Part shown: positions 55,953-64,000 of the stretch, one piece after another
How positions within the stretch are numbered: the first letter of the stretch is position 1
Layout of the letters: each line of letters begins with the position of its first letter
NCBI GenBank assembly: GCA_014905635.1
Contig: JABVCE010000024.1
Coordinates: forward strand, 186,001 to 250,000
Length of the DNA stretch: 64,000 nt
Origin: Scenedesmus sp. PABB004
Lineage: Eukaryota
Direction of reading: 5' to 3'
The notes under the pieces: generated by a model
Databases searched by the model: none
What the model saw: only the letters and a program-made list of their open reading frames with translations
What the model was told of the DNA's origin: nothing
Program-made: the position numbers and the translations under genes

Positions 55953-58054
55953 ATGCTGCTCGCCCGCGCCCTGTCCCGGCTGCCGGTGCTGGCGGCTCTC
56001 GCGCCGACCTCGTCGCGGGTGCGTGACAGGCCGCGCGCAAGGGCCGCGAAGCGCGCAGGCCGATGTCGGGATGCGACGAGTGCAGCCCTAGGCGCGCTGC
56101 GGCCCCGCCTGCCCCAGGCGCGGCGGTTTGATCGTTCGGTAGACATGAAGGAGCCGGGGGGCAGCCGTACTGGCCGGCAGCGGCCCTGGAGCGCGGATGC
56201 GGCCGAAGGGCCCCGCTGGCGCCCAGCCTGGCGCAGCGCGTGGGCGGCGGCAGGCCCTGCGCGCTGGGACCCGGCCCGCCGACACGGCCGCCGGCAGATC
56301 GCCGGCGCCTGGGTGGCCGCGGGAGCAGCATTCGGGCGGGGGCGCACGAGGGATGCCGCGCCAGCCTGGCGGGGGGCCCCAGCGAGCCGTGCACCTCCCT
56401 GGCGCCCCCGCGTGGCCGTCGGCGGCGGCACCGCGCCCCGCCGGTCCCGGGGGCGGCAGCCGCAGAGATCCCGGCGCCCGCCCGCGCCCACGCCCGGGCG
56501 CGCCGCCGCGCCCGCGCAGGCCATCGCGACGACGGCGCCGCTGCGCAAGGCGTCCGAGCCGGCGTTCGAGCACCGGGAGGACGACGACGGCTGCGCCTTC
56601 CAGACCAAGATCCACGAGGTCCTGCAGGTCAAGAAGGACGAGTGCATGTGGGTCAGCGACGAGTGCATGGTCCTCGACGCCGTGCGCCGGGTGCGCGCCG
56701 CCGCCGCCGCCGCGCCCGCGCCCGCGCCCGCGCGCCCGCCGCCGCCGCGCGCGGCCCGCCCGCGCGCCCTTCCCTGGCCGCCCCTGACCGGGCACGCCTT
56801 CCGGTGCGCCGCGCCGCGCCGCGCGCCCTCCATGATGCGATGCATCATCGTATCTTATATCTTGGTCAGATGGCGGAGAACAATGCGGGCAGCCTGCTCG
56901 TGTACGACAAGGACAAGGCCGGCCCCGGCGGCGCCATCCCGACGAGCGTCGACGCGTGCGTCGGCATCATCACCGAGCGCGGTGCGCGCCGCCGCGCCCG
57001 CGCGCCCGCCGCGCCGCCCGCCCTTGCGTCCCCGCGCCGCCGCCCCACACGCCCGCGCCCGCGCCGCCGCCCCGCGCCGCCGCGTGCCGCCCGCGCCGCC
57101 CGCGCGCCGCCCCGACTGCTCTGCAGACTACCTGAAGAAGATTGTGGTCAAGGGCCTCACCAGCGCGACGACGCCCGTGCGCGCGATCATGACGCCGCAG
57201 GCGCGCCGCCGCACCGTCGCCGCGCGCCGCCCGCGCCGCGTCGCGCGCCGCCGCCGCGCCCGCGCCGCGTCGCGCGCCGCCGCCGCGCCCGCGCCGCGTC
57301 GCGCGCCGCCCGCGCCGCCGCGCGCCGCGACGCGCCGCGTGCCAGCCGCCGCGTGCCAGCCGCCGCGCAACAACATACCAGCTGCGCCGCCGCGCCGTGC
57401 GCCGCGCGCCGCGCGGTCGCCGCCGCGCCGCGCAGGAGGTGATGGCGGTGCTCACGCCCAACCACACGGTGCTGGAGGCGATGCAGCTCATGGTCCAGCT
57501 CAACGTGCGCCACGTCCCCGTGGTGAGCGCCCGCGCCCGACGGCGCCCGACGGCGCTCCCTGCCCGCGCGCCCCCGCGCGCCGCCGCGCGGCGCGCGCGG
57601 CGCGCGTCGCCCGCCGACTCGCGCCGCGCCGCGCCGCCGCTCTCTGCCCGCGCGCCCTGTGTGCGTCGCGCAGACCGACGCCAACGCGATGGCGGGCGTG
57701 CTGAGCATGAAGGACGTAATGAAGGTGCGCAGCACACAGCACACAGCACACAGCACACAGCACACAGCACACGGCACACGGCACACAGCACACAGCACAC
57801 GGCACACGGCACACAGCACACAGCACACAGCACTGCTGCCGCTGCCGCTGCCGCTGCCGCTGCCGCTGCGGTTGCGGCTGCCGCGCGTTGCGCCGCACGA
57901 CGGCAGCGCGCCGCCGCCGCCGCGCCGCTGCCAACAAAACGCTCGCCGCCGCGTGTCGCCGCCGCCGCCCGCCGCGTGCGATCAGGTGCTGCTGGAGGAC
58001 CAGAAGCATGAGATCGATTCGCTCAAGGACTACATCCACGGCACGGTGTGGTGA
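55953..58054 (+). CDS. CBS-domain-pair protein (CBSX3-like, mitochondrial-type presequence)
   Basis: MVLDAVRR|MAENNAGSLLV, GIITER|DYLKKIVVKG, VRAIMTP, TVLEAMQLM..VRHVPV, GVLSMKDV, EIDSLKDYIHG. Confidence 0.92.
57730..57833 (+). repeat. Intronic 7-mer minisatellite (CACA[G/C]CA / CACGGCA)n
   Basis: Direct inspection; lies within the last intron of the CBS gene. Confidence 0.9.
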
Positions 58055-59524
58055 TTGATGAGTGCACGCAGACAGCGGTCTGCACACGCCGTGCCGCGGA
58101 GCACACCCACACACGGGCACGGCGTGGCGAGGGCTGCAGGCAGGGCTGGCCCTGCTCGTGATGAGGGCTGCCCGCACGCGTGCGTGTGTGCATCCGGCGC
58201 GGCACGCCGCGAGGCGGGGCTGCCGCCGGGGCGCCGGCCCGCGCGGCGGCGGATGGGGCCGGCGTCGGCAGGCCGGTGAGCTTGTTGCCTCTGCGTATGA
58301 GCTTGCGAGCGTTGCTGGGGAGGAGAACGGTGGGTGGGTGGGCGGCGCGGGGCGTGAGGGAGCCTCGCCGCCAAGGCGCTCCCGTGCAGCCGCACGCGGG
58401 CCCGGCGGCGTGTGTACGTTATGGTTGCAGCCCCGCGGAGCGCGCGAGCGCCTGCTCAGCCTTTTGTGTGTGTGTGTGTGTGGGGGGGGGGCGCTCGGGT
58501 GTACAGTACAGTGCGTGGCCGGTTTTTGTGTGTTGCTGTTCGGCCGCCGCGGTGTGTCTTTTGTCTGTGTGCCACCACCACCAGCAGCATCACCACCACA
58601 CTTCACACTTCTGCGAGAAAGCGCGTTGTGTCTCGCCGGCGTATGCGGGGCGGCGGGCGGCCGCCGCTGCGAGTAACCACCCGAGTTTACTCGCCGCGCA
58701 GAGCCCCAGAGCACCCACACCCACAGCCGTCGGCGGCGCGCCGAAACCACCCAGCTTCCGCGCCCGCTGATCGCAAGAGTGCTTGCAGCACAACGACGTG
58801 CGCCCGGGAGCACCGCCGCCGCAGCGGCCGCTCGCGCGGCTGGATCCGTTGACGGGACTTGGTCTGACCAAGTTGGTCAGTCGCGCGCGCCGCAGCCACT
58901 GATTAGCCACTGATCAATATTGATCGCACAGCCACGCGTTGCAGAGCGCATACCGTGCCGTCATCGTCAAATCCTCCACTCATTCAATTGATTGCAACGG
59001 GCGCCCGCCCGGCCTTGCTAGTCGCTTGCAGCCTGCTTGCGCTTCCGAGTTGTGTTCTGCTGACTGCCTCTGCACAGGCCTGCCCCTTGCCGCATCGCTG
59101 CTGCGGCAGGGCGGAGTGCAGCAAGGTCCCCCTTGCTGTCTCCCCTTGCTGGGAAAGCTGCCGGCTCACCTCAGGCGCGCAGCGGCGCGCGCGCGCTGCT
59201 GCGCACGCGCGCGCCGCCGCGCTGCCGACACACGGCGAGGCCCGGCTCATCATGGGGTTTTCAGACCCAATCAATGCGTGCAGTTCATCCATCAGCGATG
59301 CCACAGAGAGAGAGCCCGCAGTGCCACCCGGCCAATCAGCACACAGCACGCCCACGCAACAGCACGCCGCCGCGCAGCGGTGCGCCGCCTCACCCCACCA
59401 CCAGCCAGCCCCGCGCGGGTGCGCGCCGAGCGCGCGCGGGGCTGCCGCCCCGCCCCTGCCGCGGTGCGCGGCACGCCCTGCGGCGGGCGGGCGCCCGCGC
59501 GCGCGCGGGCGGCCGCGCCGCCCG

Positions 59525-61693
59525 TCAGGCCCCGCCCCCGCCGGCGCCGCCGGCGCCGCCGCCGGTGCCGGCGCCGGCGCGGCGCTCGCACACAAACTCT
59601 TGCGCCGCATAGCACCAGTAGTCGTCCCAGCGCCGCTCGTTGTCGAGCAGCAGCGCGCCGCAGCGGCCCTGCCGGCCGTAGAAGTTGTCGGGCTGGCCGT
59701 TCATGAAATTCACAAAGCGCCCGTACGGCGCGCCGCCGTACCACGCCCTGCGCCGCGGGCACGGCGGCGGGGGCCGCGGCGGGGTGCGACACGCTCGGCG
59801 TGGGCCGGCCGGCCGACGCGACGGCCACCGGCGGCGGCGGCCCCCGCCCTGGCTGGGCTATTCGCCCGTCGCGCCGCGCCGCGCCGTGCAGCGCGCAGCG
59901 CGCGCACCAGGGCCCGTCCCGCGCGGCGGTGGGCGTGTCGGAGTGCAGGCCGGTCCAGAGGACGTTGAACAGGTGCAGCACGGGGAACGGCGGGCGGCCC
60001 GTGTCATCTCCCTTGACCGTCGCCGCCAGCAGGTCGTTCGTCGCCTGCGGCGATGCACACGGGGCGCGCGGGGGCGGCGCTCCCGCTCGGTCGGGCGCGC
60101 TCGGCGGCGCGCGGGCGCGGGGCAGCGTGGAGCGGCTCCCTGTTCGCGCGCCGCGCGATCGCGGCGGCGCCCCGCCGCGCCCCGCCACGCGCCTGCGACT
60201 CCAGCGTGGGCAGGTGCCCGCCGCGCGCGACGCACACGTCCTCGGCCTGCGCCTGCGCCAGCGGCGTGCGCCAGAACAGCTCCCAGTGCCAGTGGCTGCC
60301 GTCGGCGCGCGTGATGTTCCAGGCGACGTCCGGCTCGGCGGCGTGGCAGTCGTCCGGGCTGTCGTGGTTTGCCGGGTCGCGCACGGCCGGGGTGCCGCTG
60401 GCCGCGACGGTGGCGCGCGGGCAGGGCGTGCAGGGGCCCGGGCCGCTGTCAGGCTTGAACGTGTGGTCCGGGCAGACGTAGCACCCCATGCCAGCCGCCC
60501 ACCAGCCGGGCGGGCAGTCTGCAAAGGCAGAGCGGGGACCGAGGGACGAGCGTCAGCAGAGCCGCGCCCCGGAGGCGCGGCGCACTCCCGTGTCGCCTCC
60601 CGCGCCGCCCGCCCCGGCCGCCGCACTCCCCGGTCGCGGCCGCCGCTCACCCGCGGGCGCGGCCGCGCGGCCGCGCACGTAGACGGCGTGCCGCACGGGC
60701 ATGCCGAGCGCGGCGAGGCCAAACAGGTACGGCGCCTCCCAGCCGCCCTCGCCGTCAATTGGAAAGAAGTAGTTGTGCCCCGGCAGCGGGGTGTAGCTGG
60801 AGCGGATCGCGATGACGCTCAGCGGGCCAGCGGAGGTGCGCATGTAGTTCAGCGCCTGGGGGTCGGCCGTCTTGAGCGCCGCCGTCCAGGTGCCGGCGCC
60901 GCCGCCGGGCGGGCGTGTCTCGAAGACCCACATCACCTCCCCGAGGTTGGGGACCTCGCCGAGCGCGCTCGAGGACATGTGGCCCCACGTGCCGCGCGCG
61001 CCCGCCTCGGTCACGCCGAGCGGGTTGGCGCTCAGCAGCGGCCAGCCGTCCGAGAGCGAGCGCGACCACGGCGCGAGCGGCTCGCCGCCCGGCCCCGACG
61101 TCGTGCCGGCCGCCACGTTGTAGCTCGCGATCAGCGTCCAGCCGCCGCCGTCGGTCTCCATCTCGCAGTAAACCTGCGCGGCGTCGCGGCGACGGCGGGT
61201 GGCGGGCGGCGGCCGCGGCGGCGGCGCGCGGTGCTGAGCGGGCGGCGGGTGGCAAGGTGTGCCCGGCGGCAGCGTGCGTCCCTGGCGCGCGGCGCCGCAG
61301 CGCGCCGTGTAGTTGCGGCAGCGCAGCGTCACGTTGTAGGGCCCGCTCGGCGCGCCGCGGCCCCGGAACTGCTCACACATCGAGTGCTCCTCGGCTGCGC
61401 GGCGGCGGCGGCGGCGGCGGCGCGCGCGCGCGCGCGCGCGCGCGTGGGCGCGGCCGCGCCCACGCGGCGGAGGGCAAGGCGCCGGAGCTGCAGGTGCGCC
61501 TGCGCCGCGCGGCCCGCCCACCTGGCGTGCAGTCGTCGGCCGCGTCGTGCCCCGCGGCGCCGCAGCCGACGGCGACGGTGCCCTCGGGGCAGGGCGTGCA
61601 GGCTGCGGCGCCGGGGTCTGGTTTGAAGCTGTCGCCGGGGCACGGCTGGCAGCCGGCGTCGCCCGCCTGCGTCTCGCCCGGCGGACAGTCTGG

Positions 61694-61728
<35 letters not shown>

Positions 61729-63976
61729 GGTTCAAGGCGTGCGCAGGTTCCGGCGTGGGCCGCGCGGGCCGGGCCGGCGCGCGCGCTCACCCAGCGCGGC
61801 GACCTCGGACAGCGGCGCGCCGACGCCACACACCAGCAGCTGCTTGCCGGCCAGCGGCGTGGTGAGGTCGGGCAGGCCGCTGGGGAGCGTCGCAAAGACG
61901 CCGCGCGGCGCGTTGGCCCTGACCAGGCCGACCAGGTCCAGGCCAAGGTGCTCAGCAACGCCCGCGAGGTCGTCGCCGGGCTGCGCCGTGTAGAGGTAGC
62001 AGGGCGGCTCCCTGCCCCGTTTCCCGCCCACCCCGCCGCCGCCGCTGCCACCGCCGCGGCCGCGGCCGCCGCCGTGCGGCAGCGCGCGCAGGCGCCACCT
62101 GCGCCGCGGGCTGCGCGGTGCCACGCCGCTGACGGCGCAGTCGAGCGCCCACGTGTCGCTCGGGCTGGCCGCGCCCGCGGCGCCATAGGCCAGGCGAAAC
62201 GCGCCGCCGTCGCCAAAGCGGCGGCCGTACGAGTTCTGCGTGCGCGGCGCGGCAGCGGGGAGCGGCGAGCTTCGTCACGCGGCCGCTCTCGGCAGGCGCT
62301 CTGCGCCGCGCGGCGCGGGTGCCGCCCGGGCGTGCAGGGCGGCGCCCGCGCCCGCAGCGCACCTGGGCGATCCAGAACGAGCCGGTGTTGTTGTATCCGA
62401 TCTGCGGCGCGGCGGGGCGGCGGCGGGGCCGCGGCGTGGCGACGCCGGCCGCGCGGCATCGCGGCCACGCAGAGGCCCGGCGGTGCGGCGCGGCCCCGCC
62501 GCGCCGCGCGCACCAGGATGACGGCGTGGGGGAACGCGCCGCGGCGGGTCGGCCCCGCGAACACGCCAGTGGCGTTGGCGGCAAAGAAGTCCAGGAGGTT
62601 GGAGTCGATTGACACCTGCGGCCCCCCGGCCGGCCGACCACGGGCTGAGCAGTCGCTCGGCTGGCTGGCCGCAGCAGCGCGCACGCCGGCGGCGCTCGCG
62701 GCGGCGCACCCGCGTGAGCACCGCGCCGCGCGTGCGGATGGCGCGCTGGACCTCCCAAAACTCGGACAGCGGCCGATGGGCGCAGCCGGAGAGCGGCTGC
62801 CGCGCCGCGCCGCACGCGTCGACGTCGGCGCACACGCCCGCCATGCCGAACAGCGCCGTCCCCCGCGCGTCCTCCAGCGCCGCCGCGCAGCCGGACGGCG
62901 GCATCGCGCGCCCGCCGGCGGCGGCGACCGCGGCGAGCGCCTCGCGGAAGCTCCAGCCGCTCGCGCACGAGCGCTCGCCCGGCGGCAAGCAGTAGTGGGC
63001 GTACGTGCCAGAGAGCTCAAAGCCAGCGGCCGCCAGCCCGCTCGCCGCGCCGGCAGCGGCCTCGGCGGCGCTCGCGAGCGCCGCGTTCACGCACGTGCCG
63101 CACTGGCCCTGGTCCCGCACGCGCGGTCTGCGGGCGCGCGCGGGGCGGCCGCGGGAGGCGGCGTGCTCTGCGCTCTGCGCGCGCGCACGCGGGCGCACGC
63201 GGGCGCGCACGCGCGTGCGCGCTGCGCGCGCCCGTGGGGGCCCCGCACGCGCGCGCGAGCCTGCGCGCGCGCGCCGCGCCTGAGGGGCGGCAGCCGCAGC
63301 CGGCCCTGCGCCGACCAGAACGCCTGCGGTGCGGACGCCAGGGACGCCGCGGCCTCCGACAGCGAGCCGCGCTCCGCCGCCGGGACGCCGTCGCTGACGG
63401 GCGCCGCCTCGCCGCCGCCGGCGGACGCCATGAAGCGCCGCGCTGCCGCGAGCTGGCGCCGGAACAGCGCGAGGCGTGGCGGCGCGGGCTCGCCGCCGCC
63501 GACCGACATGCCGCCTGCGAGGTACGCACAGCGTCCCGGCCAAGGTCGGCGCGCGCCGCCGCGCGGGCGGTCACTGTGTGCGGTGCCGCCGGCTCACCGG
63601 GCGTGCAGCGCGCGGGCCCGTCGTGGTCGCGCGCGCGGTCGCCGCCGGTGAACGTTCCGTCGGGGCAAGGGCTGCACGGCCCCGGCCCCGGGGTCGCCTT
63701 GTACGTGTTGGGCGGGCAGACCGCGCATCTCCGGCCGTCCCCTGGGCTGGGCGCCTCGCCAGGGCCGCAGGCTCGCCCCGAGCGCACGCAGTTCGAGCCC
63801 AGCGCCTCGTAGCCGGCGATGCAGGTCGGCACGCAGCGCCCCGCGTCGCAGGTGGCGCCGAGCGCGTGCGACCTGGCCGCGCAGCCTGGCAGCCCAGGGC
63901 CGCATGGTTCGCCGTCCGGCGCGGCGCTGCAGGTGGAGGCGGCCGCGACGAGCAGCCCCAGCAGGCGCCACATCAC
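59525..63976 (-). CDS. Secreted mosaic protein: signal peptide, Cys-rich (GCC2/GCC3-like) repeat, papain-family C1A protease, LysM, Cys repeat, fibrinogen-C-like, Cys repeat, C-type lectin
   Basis: Signal (M)WRLLGLLVAAASTCSA; three CP..(T/S)(Y/F)K...GPC.PCP-type repeats; C1A motifs VRDQGQCGTCV, PHAVIL|IGY, WIAQ|NSYG; LysM YTAQPGDDLAGVAEHLGLDLVGLVRAN; VYCEMETDGGGWTLI; CTL AEDVCVARGGHLPTLES, LWTGL, NGQPDN..C..WDDYWC..EFVCE. Confidence 0.85.
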
Positions 63977-64000
63977 GCTGCTGCGGCCACGGCGGGTCGG

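Overview
Gene-dense, extremely GC-rich eukaryotic nuclear DNA with many short spliceosomal introns. It is most likely from a chlorophycean green alga (TIC21, CYP55/P450nor, plastid and mitochondrial presequences, TGTAA poly(A) signals). Most long ORFs in the supplied track are GC-rich shadow frames, so gene models were stitched from exons by hand. About 18 genes were found: F-box/Kelch (partial), Deg protease, DNAAF5/HEATR2, a coiled-coil hypothetical, a BRWD-ancillary/PHD/FHA-like protein, glyoxalase II, TIC21, CYP55, an LpxC-like protein lacking Zn ligands, a large secreted hydrolase, two tandem ankyrin paralogues (one with a RING, one disrupted), two tiny head-to-head putative mitochondrial genes, UVR-UVR-ApaG, a low-complexity hypothetical, a CBS-pair protein, and a secreted papain-LysM-fibrinogen-like-C-type-lectin mosaic. 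The standout is a ~6.8 kb lower-GC insert (30999-37819) flanked by a 639-bp direct duplication. It carries a 13-exon, 1509-aa secreted protein combining six SH3b-like domains, EGF repeats, LysM, an M23 peptidase and a GH19 glycoside hydrolase, built from phase-1 symmetric exons. This is a candidate exon-shuffled algal antibacterial/antifungal wall-lysing enzyme in a possibly excisable cassette. All domain calls are motif recognition by eye; no database searches were run.
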